The notes: generated from the sequence alone by a model not told the origin. A stretch of 64,000 bases of DNA from an uncultured virus (IMG/VR IMGVR_UViG_3300025159_000001) (IMGVR_UViG_3300025159_000001), one strand, 5' to 3'. Positions 29,243 through 38,406 are shown, counted from the stretch's first letter. Numbers and translations are program-made.

Positions 29243-29712
29243 AGTGTATTTTTCTCCATATATTCTACAAGTTTTTCAACCTGTTTTTCATTTAATTCAT
29301 ATTTTTCAACAAACTGTTGCATATAACCTTCGTTAGTAAAGTGTTCTCCTAAATGATAAGCTACTTTATTACAACATGAACTAAATCTTTTCTGTACCGT
29401 TACTAAACTTAATTTTAGTCTCTCTGCTATATCTGATAAAAAAAGCCCTGTCTTGGCTAGTTTAAGAACTTCTAATTCTTTTTTTGTTATCAAACCTACT
29501 TTTCCTAAGAAAGAAATAGCCATTTCTATATCTAAAAGATCTATATAACAATCTGAATCAAAGAAAAATTCTGTATAAGTTAAAGGATTATCTCCCCCCT
29601 CATCATCATAATAGTCTCTATTAGAAGAACCACCCATATTTTCAAAGTTATCTTCTATACCATCACGAATAACTTCACTATTAAATATCAGTTGTTGTAC
29701 ATACCAACTCAT
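29239..29712 (-). CDS. HTH (sigma region 4/LuxR-like) DNA-binding protein
   Basis: LITKKELEVLKL...LSDIAERLKLSLVTVQKR. Confidence 0.6.
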   Translation of the reverse strand: MSWYVQQLIFNSEVIRDGIEDNFENMGGSSNRDYYDDEGGDNPLTYTEFFFDSDCYIDLLDIEMAISFLGKVGLITKKELEVLKLAKTGLFLSDIAERLKLSLVTVQKRFSSCCNKVAYHLGEHFTNEGYMQQFVEKYELNEKQVEKLVEYMEKNTL

Positions 29713-30077
29713 ACTATTAATGTCCTTTCATTCGCTGATTCTGTCCTATAGACATCTATTAACATTTTATAGGTAGAAAACAGCATTTTCTTTTTATCTA
29801 AAAGTGATGTAAATTCTATCAATTTCAATCTTTTATCAAGCAATTTACCATCTATACCTTTATGTTTCCAAGTATTATCTATATAAGCTTGGGAAGGCGG
29901 TTTACCATTAATAAAGAACCTCTCGTCCGTTGTTACTAAAGAATTTAACTCAGCCTCGTCTATTTTTAATTCCAATTCTAATCTACCTTTTTCTAAAGAT
30001 AAATTATAAATATCATCTATTAGAGAATATAGCTTATCAAAATCTGGAATTTCTAATTTAGTCATCATACTTTTCAA
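29709..30077 (-). CDS. Coiled-coil protein, possibly a UvsY-like recombination mediator
   Basis: Helical heptads; lies in the recA/resolvase block. Confidence 0.35.
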   Translation of the reverse strand: MKSMMTKLEIPDFDKLYSLIDDIYNLSLEKGRLELELKIDEAELNSLVTTDERFFINGKPPSQAYIDNTWKHKGIDGKLLDKRLKLIEFTSLLDKKKMLFSTYKMLIDVYRTESANERTLIV

Positions 30078-30453
30078 TCCTTTTAACTATTTTATAATAC
30101 CTTTCACACAATTCAAACGCAATCTTTATTTTTTCAAATTCTACGTCACTATACGAAACTACTAATTCTATAAATCTACTAAAATCTCTATCAGCAGTAT
30201 TATACAACGCTAATGGATTAAAGTCAAGGGGGGATTTCCAACCCCTAAACCCCATATATTCTATTAAAACATCTTGCACATATTCAACCCTCATCCCCAA
30301 ATATTTAGCTATTTTACCATTATTATATCCAAATAGACATCTTTTCAAAATTGGTTGTATAGCTTTATATTCGGTTATATTAACAGGAATACCAGTAACC
30401 ATAAATGCATACTCTTTAAACATTTCCCAAAGATTCTTCGGAGAATTTTTCAT
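30058..30453 (-). CDS. Hypothetical HTH-like protein
   Basis: GYNNGKIAKYLGM...V. Confidence 0.45.
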   Translation of the reverse strand: MKNSPKNLWEMFKEYAFMVTGIPVNITEYKAIQPILKRCLFGYNNGKIAKYLGMRVEYVQDVLIEYMGFRGWKSPLDFNPLALYNTADRDFSRFIELVVSYSDVEFEKIKIAFELCERYYKIVKRIEKYDD

Positions 30454-30871
30454 AAACTAGATCCAACTCTTTTTTAAGATCTCCTACATAATTAATTATA
30501 TCACAAAAGGTATTAAAATCTATAACAATAAAATATTTAATGCCTTCTTTAGCGCCTAAAAATTTACATGCTAATGCTGGAATAGAAAATGTAGAATTAG
30601 CCTCCTCTCTTATTTTATCTAACCACTCTTTTCTAACTAAATGTTGTTTAGCGCCGCCGTAGCCAGTTTTAGCTTCTATTTTAAAGGCTCTGGAAAAACC
30701 TGGAAATTTAGCACTAACATCTCCAGTGAGTAAACCTTCAGAAAGCTGTGTACCTAATGCACCGGAAGCAGGAATTCTTTTAGCTATAGCTTTTTCTATA
30801 TTAGAATTGAATAATTCTACTAATTTAGTCTCCCAATCTGTACCCTTTCTTTTTTGTTTATTAACCATCAT
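30416..30871 (-). CDS. Holliday junction resolvase (Hjc-like PD-(D/E)xK)
   Basis: KRKGxxWE, RIPASGA, GDV and IEAK motifs. Confidence 0.75.
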   Translation of the reverse strand: MMVNKQKRKGTDWETKLVELFNSNIEKAIAKRIPASGALGTQLSEGLLTGDVSAKFPGFSRAFKIEAKTGYGGAKQHLVRKEWLDKIREEANSTFSIPALACKFLGAKEGIKYFIVIDFNTFCDIINYVGDLKKELDLVYEKFSEESLGNV

Positions 30872-30877
30872 AATCTT

Positions 30878-32164
30878 TTACCTTGAAAGTATCTCATTAG
30901 TCTCGGCATTAAAGCTAGAGAATAGAACCCCAACAGGGCCATTTCTGTGTTTTCTTATCAACAATTCCAAGACGCCTTTATCTTTTGTACTGAAGTGATA
31001 TATTTCATCTCTATACAAAAATATGACAATATCAGCATCTTCTTCTAAATTTCCAGATTGCCTCAGGTCGGATAGAATAGGTCTTTTATCCTGCCTAAGT
31101 TCTAATAGTCTATTTAGTTGGGAATAAATTACTATAGTTATCCCTAAATGCCTCGCTAATAATTTTAATTCTCTAGAAATTCTTCCCAACTCATGTGTAG
31201 AATCTTCCCCTCTCTCAGAGAGTAATTGCACATAATCTATATGTACAACTTTGATATTATATAAAGTATGATATTTTTTAATAGTGTTTACTATATAAGA
31301 AATGTTAATTTTATATGTATCATCTACAAATAAGGAAAGGTTTTTTATTTTATCTATGCCAGCTACATATAAATCAACTTGTTTTTGGTTCATTATACCA
31401 AATCTAATATTAAAAATAGGTAGTCCAGTTTTAATAGCTAGAATTCTATTAATCAATACTGATTTACTCATTTCTAAAGAAAATATTAAAGAAGGTACAT
31501 TTTCAAAACCTCCTCTAAGAACTGAATTACACATGAAAGCAGTTTTACCCATACTAGGTCTGCCTGCTACTATTATTAGATCTTCAGGAATATAACCACC
31601 TACTACCCCATCCAAGTTAGAAAAACCCGTTGTTATATCTAACTTCTTCTCTTTATTTATTTTTTCAACAAGTTGTATATAAGCTAATTCTGAAATATCT
31701 CTGACATTACTAACACCGCTACCCCCATATATAGAGTCTAGATTATCTAAATCATTTCTCACAGAGGATATGATTGTATCTACATTATCATAATGTATAC
31801 TATTAGGAATTTTAGCAGATATAGTTAATAACCTTCTAACTTTAAAGTTATTTACTAACATTTTTACAAACTCTAACAAATTTACATTATCATAATCTTG
31901 TTTGGCTAAAGTTTCTAAATAAGCTATACCACCACAATCATTTAACATCCCTCTAGATTCTATAACACTAACTAGATAAGCAAATTCTGGAACATTCCCA
32001 TTTGAAGAAATTATCTTCATATTATCAAAAATATTCTTATTAGGAAGTGCAGAAAACATTTCTGATTTTAATTCATCAATCTCATAAATCTTAGCGGGGG
32101 TTTTTAATAATATAGATAAAACAGCCATCTCTGTTGCAGTTGTATTCTGTATAATATTAGTCAT
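30878..32164 (-). CDS. dnaB: Replicative DNA helicase
   Basis: GRPSMGKT, FSLEMS, IDYVQL, SQLNR, RPILSDLRQSGNLEEDAD and KHRNGP motifs. Confidence 0.95.
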   Translation of the reverse strand: MTNIIQNTTATEMAVLSILLKTPAKIYEIDELKSEMFSALPNKNIFDNMKIISSNGNVPEFAYLVSVIESRGMLNDCGGIAYLETLAKQDYDNVNLLEFVKMLVNNFKVRRLLTISAKIPNSIHYDNVDTIISSVRNDLDNLDSIYGGSGVSNVRDISELAYIQLVEKINKEKKLDITTGFSNLDGVVGGYIPEDLIIVAGRPSMGKTAFMCNSVLRGGFENVPSLIFSLEMSKSVLINRILAIKTGLPIFNIRFGIMNQKQVDLYVAGIDKIKNLSLFVDDTYKINISYIVNTIKKYHTLYNIKVVHIDYVQLLSERGEDSTHELGRISRELKLLARHLGITIVIYSQLNRLLELRQDKRPILSDLRQSGNLEEDADIVIFLYRDEIYHFSTKDKGVLELLIRKHRNGPVGVLFSSFNAETNEILSR

Positions 32165-32549
32165 TAACTGCCTCTCTAAAATTTATTGTTGAAATTTTTA
32201 CTCTGCCTTTCTTGTATAAACTAGATAAGTTCTTCTCTGCCATCTTAGACAGATTGGTCATAGATTCAAAATTAAGATCCTCTATCAATCTCTTTTTAGC
32301 AAAATAAGATAGTAATCTACTAATATTAGATAAATCAATTATTTCCATATCTGTACAATCTAAAATTGAATAGAAAATCAATTCTGCACCATAAATTTTA
32401 TATAGTCTAGCAAATGTTTTGTAAATATTTGTAGGCAGGTTTTCAATTTCATTTGCCTCCTTAAAAAACCCTACTAATATGGGCACTTTATTATCAGAAT
32501 CCAATAATCTACCATAATAAGATTTCACTAAAGATTCATCGTTTTCCAT
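32157..32549 (-). CDS. Hypothetical protein coupled to dnaB
   Basis: 130-aa ORF overlapping the dnaB start. Confidence 0.55.
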   Translation of the reverse strand: MENDESLVKSYYGRLLDSDNKVPILVGFFKEANEIENLPTNIYKTFARLYKIYGAELIFYSILDCTDMEIIDLSNISRLLSYFAKKRLIEDLNFESMTNLSKMAEKNLSSLYKKGRVKISTINFREAVND

Positions 32550-32560
32550 ATTTTTAGATG

Positions 32561-32589
32561 GAGATAGAGACTCTAAGAGTCTCTATCTC
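32561..32589. terminator. Perfect 13-bp hairpin after the SSB gene
   Basis: GAGATAGAGACTC-TAA-GAGTCTCTATCTC; no clear U tract on the - strand. Confidence 0.45.
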
Positions 32590-32607
32590 TTTCTCCTCAA
32601 TAATTAT

Positions 32608-33426
32608 TTATGCATAAAGTTCTGCAATTCTTTTCTGAATATCTTCACTAACTTTAACTGTTTCCTGTGCTAAAGTTTCCTGTGCTAGAGCTTCATTTAC
32701 TGGAGAGGCTCTCCTAGCTAAGAAAATATCCCTTATGGAAACCCCTCTTAAAAGATCAAGGATTTCCTCTGAGGTTAATTCAATAACTGCTCTTGTCAAA
32801 TCAAAAAGAGATTCTACTGGAACTTCTACAGGATCATTATTAGTAGGGACAGGAATTGGAGTAACCGCTTTTTTATCACCAGCTTTAGTAGCAATAAATG
32901 TTATATCAAAGTTATTGATTCCAACCTTGTTCCCCTCTCTATCTAGAATTGATTTATTAAGATCATTGATAATAGTCGCATTTGTATCGCTGATATTTGC
33001 AACCTTTACTTTATTTAAAGGTACTTCTGTAAGATGTGCTATGGGATGTCCATTTGAACATACTGGAGGGTATAAACCTGTAATTCCTCTCTTAATTTCC
33101 TCAGAACATTCTGTACAAATCTTAGTAGGAGTTCTATCCAAAACATTACAATAATGTCTTTTAGATCTTGTAATAAAACCAGGCTGTCTAAGGAAATCTT
33201 TAGGATATTCAGCCATTATCTTTCTGTTTACACTACAAATAGGACAATCGTTTCCTAAACATTTGATAGTAGAGTTTGTTTTTCTCAAAAAATGTGTTTC
33301 AACTGCTAAAGGTTTACCTAAAATTCTAACTAAATGTTGTCCAAAATCAAATCTTAAGAAATCAATTCTACTAAATTTAACTGTATCTTCTCTCTGTGTA
33401 GTATCAAAAAAATTATCTGTGTTCAT
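32608..33426 (-). CDS. Putative ssDNA-binding protein (gp32-like) with Zn ligands
   Basis: VRIL...H...C...CPIC...NVLDR...K...DI pattern; lies between recA and dnaB. Confidence 0.6.
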   Translation of the reverse strand: MNTDNFFDTTQREDTVKFSRIDFLRFDFGQHLVRILGKPLAVETHFLRKTNSTIKCLGNDCPICSVNRKIMAEYPKDFLRQPGFITRSKRHYCNVLDRTPTKICTECSEEIKRGITGLYPPVCSNGHPIAHLTEVPLNKVKVANISDTNATIINDLNKSILDREGNKVGINNFDITFIATKAGDKKAVTPIPVPTNNDPVEVPVESLFDLTRAVIELTSEEILDLLRGVSIRDIFLARRASPVNEALAQETLAQETVKVSEDIQKRIAELYA

Positions 33427-33427
33427 T

Positions 33428-33751
33428 CTATTCTTCCTTTTCTTCTATTTTATATTCTAATTTAACTGGTACAGGCATAATAATATTTTTAAGTTCTTTT
33501 AATGTGTCTAATCTAATAGCTTCTAAATATTTTGTAGCTTCTTCTAAATTAAATTCTTTTAACTCATGTAACAATAAAATATATCTTCTATAATCTAATT
33601 CTGACTGTATAAACATTAACCAACGAATCTTAGAAACAAAAGCATTATCTAAAAACAATTCTACTGGAATTTCATCAAAACTACCTCCCAATCTTAATGT
33701 ATTATAATCCGATAATTTATAAACTCTTTCTACGCTTATATTTCCTTCCAT
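33428..33751 (-). CDS. Hypothetical protein
   Basis: 107-aa ORF with GGAG RBS. Confidence 0.55.
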   Translation of the reverse strand: MEGNISVERVYKLSDYNTLRLGGSFDEIPVELFLDNAFVSKIRWLMFIQSELDYRRYILLLHELKEFNLEEATKYLEAIRLDTLKELKNIIMPVPVKLEYKIEEKEE

Positions 33752-33866
33752 ATCTCCAATTCTCCTTTTTAACCTTTACAAAAATTATGTCCTCTAACAT
33801 TCCTAAAAAAGCTAATGAAGTAATTATTATTCCTATATAAATATTATCCATAAATCTCCCATTCTT

Positions 33867-34889
33867 CTACAATTCAATATCTTCATCAACAAGAAAACTA
33901 TCATCTTTTATACTATTATAACAAGAAATGTTTATTTTGTCAAGTATTATAGGGTTATTATTAAGAAACTCTAATGTTTTATCTATCCCTATACCTAAGG
34001 TTTCATCTTCAAATTTATACCAACCGCCTGCTCTAACTAATATTCCCAACATAGTAGCAAATTCTACTGTATCTCTTACACTATCAATCCCTTTACCAAA
34101 AATAATAGGTATAAAATGTGTTCTAAAAGGGCGGGCTAATTTATTCTTTTTTATGGTAAATCTAGTACCTATGCCTATCTTTTCACCATCTTGCTCTATA
34201 TCCATAGCTTTACTTAATACTATTCTCAAACTAGCAGCATGTTTCCATGAATGTCCACCTGGGGATTCAAACATTTTTATGTAAGAGCCTATCACGTCTC
34301 TAATTTGATTTATACCTATAAAAGCTACATCGCTTCTTCTAAGATCGTACAAATTTCTACTGACAAATATAGTCATCCTTCTAGAAAGTAGCGCAACATT
34401 ATCATCTGTTAATGCGTCTACTTTTACTTTTATGGGAGACATAGAACCTATAGAATCTAAAATAATTAATTTAAATCTTTTAGATTGAATACCGGCTTCT
34501 GCAATTCTTAATGAATCTTCCATTGTTTCGGGTTTTATGAGAAGAAAATTATCTTTATTAAAATCTTCCCCTATAACTCCTCTAACTAAAGACATATCTA
34601 CGCCTTGTTCTGGATCTATATATAAAACTTCATCCCCATCTTTTAATACACTTCTACATACTGATAAAGCTAAGTTTGTTTTTCCAGAACCCTCAGGCCC
34701 GTAGATTTCTGTAAACCTTCTCAGAGGAATTCCACCGACCCCTGTAGAAACATCTAAACTAATAGAGCCTGTTTTAATAGCTACTATAGCTTCTTCTTCA
34801 TCAAGGTCATCCTTTTTCTCATCAAAGATGGCCTCTCCAAACTCTTCTTCCAATAATTCATCAAATGTTTTAACTTTTTTCTTTGCCAT
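33867..34889 (-). CDS. recA: RecA recombinase
   Basis: TGSISLDVSTGVGGIP, EIYGPEGSGKT, YIDPE, ILDSI, INQIR, PGG and KKNK motifs. Confidence 0.95.
   Translation of the reverse strand: MAKKKVKTFDELLEEEFGEAIFDEKKDDLDEEEAIVAIKTGSISLDVSTGVGGIPLRRFTEIYGPEGSGKTNLALSVCRSVLKDGDEVLYIDPEQGVDMSLVRGVIGEDFNKDNFLLIKPETMEDSLRIAEAGIQSKRFKLIILDSIGSMSPIKVKVDALTDDNVALLSRRMTIFVSRNLYDLRRSDVAFIGINQIRDVIGSYIKMFESPGGHSWKHAASLRIVLSKAMDIEQDGEKIGIGTRFTIKKNKLARPFRTHFIPIIFGKGIDSVRDTVEFATMLGILVRAGGWYKFEDETLGIGIDKTLEFLNNNPIILDKINISCYNSIKDDSFLVDEDIEL
33915..33943 (-). promoter_or_regulatory. Consensus sigma70 promoter embedded in the 3' end of recA
   Basis: TTGACA-N17-TATAAT with TG extension. Confidence 0.75.
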
Positions 34890-35082
34890 TATTTTCCTCT
34901 AAATTTAAAATTACATATTTTCCAATTATATTCTTCTCATCCACCATAGAAACAATATAATTATCTAGTTCTGTACCTAAATAATAATCTGGAGTTTCTA
35001 AAACAATTTCTCCTAATTCTGACAGAAAGAATGGTACTATTTCTTTAGTATCTTTATGATAAACAATTAATTTTTTAACCAT
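34870..35082 (-). CDS. Hypothetical protein
   Basis: 70-aa ORF with GGAG RBS. Confidence 0.55.
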   Translation of the reverse strand: MVKKLIVYHKDTKEIVPFFLSELGEIVLETPDYYLGTELDNYIVSMVDEKNIIGKYVILNLEENNGKEKS

Positions 35083-35093
35083 TATTTACTCCA

Positions 35094-36977
35094 TTATTTC
35101 GACCAATAATCTAAGACCCGAAATTCAACTTTTGCAGGAATCTCCTTTAAAAAAGGTTGCTCTGCTTCTAACATGCACTCTTTTACAAATTCTCCTATAT
35201 CTTTACTTTTATCTTCTATAATCTCTAAATCAATTTCATCGTGATTTTGTAAATAAAAATATAAATCATTCTCAGAAAAAGGATTTTTATAAAATATATA
35301 ATTCATAGCTATTTTAGTTATATCTGCACCCCAACCTTGAATCATATGATTCCAACCCTCTCTCATTATTCTTCTTTTATATCTTTCATATTCATAATTA
35401 TCTTTAAATAATGTTTGCTCTTTAAAATGCCTAATCCTACCTAAAGGTGTAACAGCTTTTTTCTGTTTCCAAATTATATCTTGAGTAAAGTCCATAACTT
35501 GTTTTAGTACAGGATAACCTTTATAATATAGATGCCACAAATCTTCAGCCTCTGTCAGACTTAAACCAAAAGTATAAGAAAGTCCTGCTGGTGTGCTACC
35601 ATAAATCATAGCAAAATTGACACCTTTTCCTCTAGATCTTTGTTTATCTGTAACATCATCTAAACTTTTTACATTATACAATATAGCTGCTGTGGCAGTA
35701 TGTACATCTTTATCATTTAAATAGGCTTCTATTATTTTTGGTTCACCAGTTAATGCACCCAAAAGTCTGTACTCTTGTTGAGAATAATCCGCCGAAAGAA
35801 TTTTGTAGCTTTCTCTAGCAATAAAATTCTTTCTAAATTCCATATCTGTAGGTATTTGTTGCATCCTTGAAACAGCGAATCTACCTGTATAAGTACCTAC
35901 TTGATTAAATTCTACATGCAATCTTTTTGTTACTGGATGAATTTCATCTATAAAATTTTGTCCATAAGTAGTAACTCTTTTTATAGCCTCTCTATAATTT
36001 AATAGAATTTTTATTTCAGGAACTGTATTATAAAAAGGTTCTAGAACCTTTTTCCCTGTGCTATTTATATTTAACCCCGTTAAATTAAATATTCTTCTAA
36101 CCTGGGGACGGGAATTTATATTAAAATTTTCTTTAAACCAGGGGAAACAATCTTCCATAAAGGGGATGCTTTCTAACTCTTTCCTAGATTTTTTAGTGGT
36201 AAAAGGAATTATTAGATCATCTGCAAACTCTAGCATATTTTTATATTTAGTTTTATTTAGTTTATTAAAGATTGATGTAAGGAACTCTCCCTCATATTTT
36301 TTAGACTCGACAGTAAATTTTTCAGATAATTCTAACCAACCTTTTTCATTCAACCTAACACCATTAATCTCCATACTGGTGACAGGTGCAATTAATTTAG
36401 ATTCTATATCTACTACACTTAATTGTTTTTGTTTTTTTAAAGTTTTTAATTGATAATCTTTTATTTCTCTCAGATATTTAACATCTAAAGCTGAATACAA
36501 CAACTGTTCATTAGAAAAAAATTCTCTATCATAATCAGCAAAGGTTTCTCTAATTTCTTTATTAATTATAACAAATGTATATTTATTTACTAATTCTTCT
36601 AAAGAATAATATTGTTTACCAATACCCTGATTTATCAGAACTTCTAAAATCATTGTATCATAAACATTAGTTAATAATTCACCAGTATTTTGTTGAATTA
36701 TTTTAAGATCAAATTTAGAATTATGTGCGATTATTTTTTTATCTGTATCCTTGATTAATGTTATAATATATTTAATAAAGTTAATACCTAATTTTCTGAC
36801 ATCTAAAATGTAAATCTTACCATTTATTTCTAATTGTAGTAATAACCACTTAGCTGTAAATGTATCTAAAGAGGTTGTCTCCGTATCTAAGCCTAATTCA
36901 TCAGAATTCTTTAAATCTCCTAAAAAATTAGCTGTATTAATATTCCCATCCTGATATTTATCTATGAATATATACAT
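35094..36977 (-). CDS. polA: Family A DNA polymerase with 3'-5' exonuclease
   Basis: Exonuclease motifs LDTETT, HNSKFD, YSALD; TGRF; motif A ADYSQQEYR; motif B RSRGKGVNFAMIYG; NHMIQG; motif C HDEI. Confidence 0.95.
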   Translation of the reverse strand: MYIFIDKYQDGNINTANFLGDLKNSDELGLDTETTSLDTFTAKWLLLQLEINGKIYILDVRKLGINFIKYIITLIKDTDKKIIAHNSKFDLKIIQQNTGELLTNVYDTMILEVLINQGIGKQYYSLEELVNKYTFVIINKEIRETFADYDREFFSNEQLLYSALDVKYLREIKDYQLKTLKKQKQLSVVDIESKLIAPVTSMEINGVRLNEKGWLELSEKFTVESKKYEGEFLTSIFNKLNKTKYKNMLEFADDLIIPFTTKKSRKELESIPFMEDCFPWFKENFNINSRPQVRRIFNLTGLNINSTGKKVLEPFYNTVPEIKILLNYREAIKRVTTYGQNFIDEIHPVTKRLHVEFNQVGTYTGRFAVSRMQQIPTDMEFRKNFIARESYKILSADYSQQEYRLLGALTGEPKIIEAYLNDKDVHTATAAILYNVKSLDDVTDKQRSRGKGVNFAMIYGSTPAGLSYTFGLSLTEAEDLWHLYYKGYPVLKQVMDFTQDIIWKQKKAVTPLGRIRHFKEQTLFKDNYEYERYKRRIMREGWNHMIQGWGADITKIAMNYIFYKNPFSENDLYFYLQNHDEIDLEIIEDKSKDIGEFVKECMLEAEQPFLKEIPAKVEFRVLDYWSK

Positions 36978-36979
36978 AT

Positions 36980-37327
36980 TTATTTTACTTTCTCTATAAT
37001 AATATCTATTTTACAATCCAATTCTTTTAGAAATTCTTCAATATCATCAAATCTTTCTTCAAGAGAAAGATCCTCTATAGTACCCTCTATGGATTCTGAA
37101 TATATTCTATCTCCTACACATTTTATAGGTTCATATAAAACTGGAGAATCTTTAGCATCTCTTAATATTACTTCTAATTGTTTTATCAAAGATTCTGGAT
37201 CTTCAGATACAATATCAATAGGATCATTTGTGTAGTACATGATTTCGTTTTTTTCATTATAAAAAACTTCATGTATTCCACACCAATCTTTTTCCTCATT
37301 TACAACAATTCTATAATTCCATGTCAT
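36980..37327 (-). CDS. Hypothetical phage protein
   Basis: MTWNYRIV...IHEVFY; AAGGAG RBS. Confidence 0.6.
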   Translation of the reverse strand: MTWNYRIVVNEEKDWCGIHEVFYNEKNEIMYYTNDPIDIVSEDPESLIKQLEVILRDAKDSPVLYEPIKCVGDRIYSESIEGTIEDLSLEERFDDIEEFLKELDCKIDIIIEKVK

Positions 37328-37356
37328 CGTTTTAAATCTCCTTTGTTATTAATATG

Positions 37357-37428
37357 AGCCGATAGTAGGACTCGAACCTACAATCCCTCGTTTACAGGAC
37401 GAGGACTCTACCATTGAGCTATATCGGC
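37357..37428 (-). tRNA. tRNA-Thr(UGU), no encoded CCA, C at position 33
   Basis: GCCGATA-TA-GCTC[AATGGTA]GAGT-C-CTCGT[CCTGTAA]ACGAG-GGATT-GTAGG[TTCGAGT]CCTAC-TATCGGC-T. Confidence 0.85.
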
Positions 37429-37434
37429 ATTATA

Positions 37435-37842
37435 TCATAATCCTGGCCCTATTAGACGTTTATGTCTCATTTTAAACATATCTGTATTAGGAATTTGATG
37501 AAAAGTAACCATACTTTCAGATGGGTATTCCTTTTCGAGTTGTTTTACAATTTCATCAGCAATCTTTTTAATACCTTTTCTACGAGTATAATAGTTCACC
37601 TTTTCTATTTTAACTACAACTGGATCATCCTCATTTAACCAATCAATTGCTATAATCAGAATCATAGGGTGGTATTCTTTTCCATCAAAAGTTACAATTA
37701 ATTCTTTAGCTTCCTCTTCACCATATTTTTCCACTTTTATTCCCTTGTTAGTATCTTGTTCTAAATCCATTTCTGTCCATTTTATAACCAGTATAATCTC
37801 TAATATAATAATTATGCCTATGAGAATCCACTTGATTTCCAT
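37435..37842 (-). CDS. Hypothetical protein with N-terminal transmembrane anchor
   Basis: Hydrophobic N-terminus; AGGAG RBS. Confidence 0.55.
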   Translation of the reverse strand: MEIKWILIGIIIILEIILVIKWTEMDLEQDTNKGIKVEKYGEEEAKELIVTFDGKEYHPMILIIAIDWLNEDDPVVVKIEKVNYYTRRKGIKKIADEIVKQLEKEYPSESMVTFHQIPNTDMFKMRHKRLIGPGL

Positions 37843-37874
37843 TTAATCACTCCTATTATGTATACTTTCTTTAA

Positions 37875-38250
37875 CAAAGTGCCTATCTTAGGCACAATGA
37901 GTCCCTCGGTAACTTTTGGGCTTAGGCAGTCTCGAACATTACGGGAGAGACTTTCCCAACAATAGCGATGAACCTATTTCTAGGATGTTCCAGGTGGCGC
38001 TTTACACCATCGCTATTCCCAACGCCGACAGTCGGAGCAACTTTCGTTGGACTCTCTCCACTCAGCCTCAAAGACTGTTACCGTCTTGCTTTAACGGCAA
38101 TCTTCTGGAATTTTATGCCTCGAACTGTTTAGGTTCTCAAAGAACCCCGAGGGTAAACAGACAAATATAAAGAGGCTATGTTTTGAAACGAGTTATTCTC
38201 CTCCCCCTTCTGAATAACACCACATCCCTAAAAGGATGGCTTATACTACT
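37875..38250 (-). ncRNA. Large structured non-coding RNA, family not recognised
   Basis: More than 10 complementary helices including long-range and crossing pairs, GAAA tetraloops on the - strand, upstream TGnTATAAT and a 3' hairpin. Confidence 0.65.
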
Positions 38251-38256
38251 ATCTAT

Positions 38257-38265
38257 ATTATACCA
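38257..38265 (-). promoter_or_regulatory. Extended -10 promoter for the large ncRNA
   Basis: TGG-TATAAT on the - strand. Confidence 0.55.
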
Positions 38266-38342
38266 AAAAACTTCATTTTTTTATAAGGTTTTTGGTTAGA
38301 GTTTGGTTAAAATAAGATTAGAGTTTTCTAATCTTTATACTA

Positions 38343-38396
38343 TTGACTTTTTACAAAAATCTGGTATAGTATAGCAAGAATATTTCAATTTGTCAA
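38343..38396. promoter_or_regulatory. Overlapping, oppositely oriented sigma70 promoters at the strand switch
   Basis: + strand TTGACT(38343)-N16-TATAGT(38365); - strand TTGACA(38396)-N17-TATACT(38373); the two -10 boxes overlap. Confidence 0.75.
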
Positions 38397-38406
38397 GGAG
38401 AAAACT

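Noticed and set aside
32660..32690. 15-bp tandem duplication (LAQET-LAQET) in the SSB tail
   Set aside because: Real but trivial slippage in a low-complexity linker.
30726..36453. + strand ORFs antisense to dnaB, SSB, recA and polA
   Set aside because: Antisense shadows of well-supported genes, with no RBS or recognisable motifs.
37916..38170. 84-aa + strand ORF
   Set aside because: TTG start with no RBS, opposite to the local gene direction, and it overlaps a region better explained by RNA structure.
37875..38250. RNase P RNA, tmRNA, group I intron or cobalamin riboswitch as the identity of the large RNA
   Set aside because: Only short fragments resemble them (GGGAAAGTC, GAGACTG, GGGTAAAC). 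Their order and strand do not fit, there are no tRNA-like ends, and no gene is interrupted.
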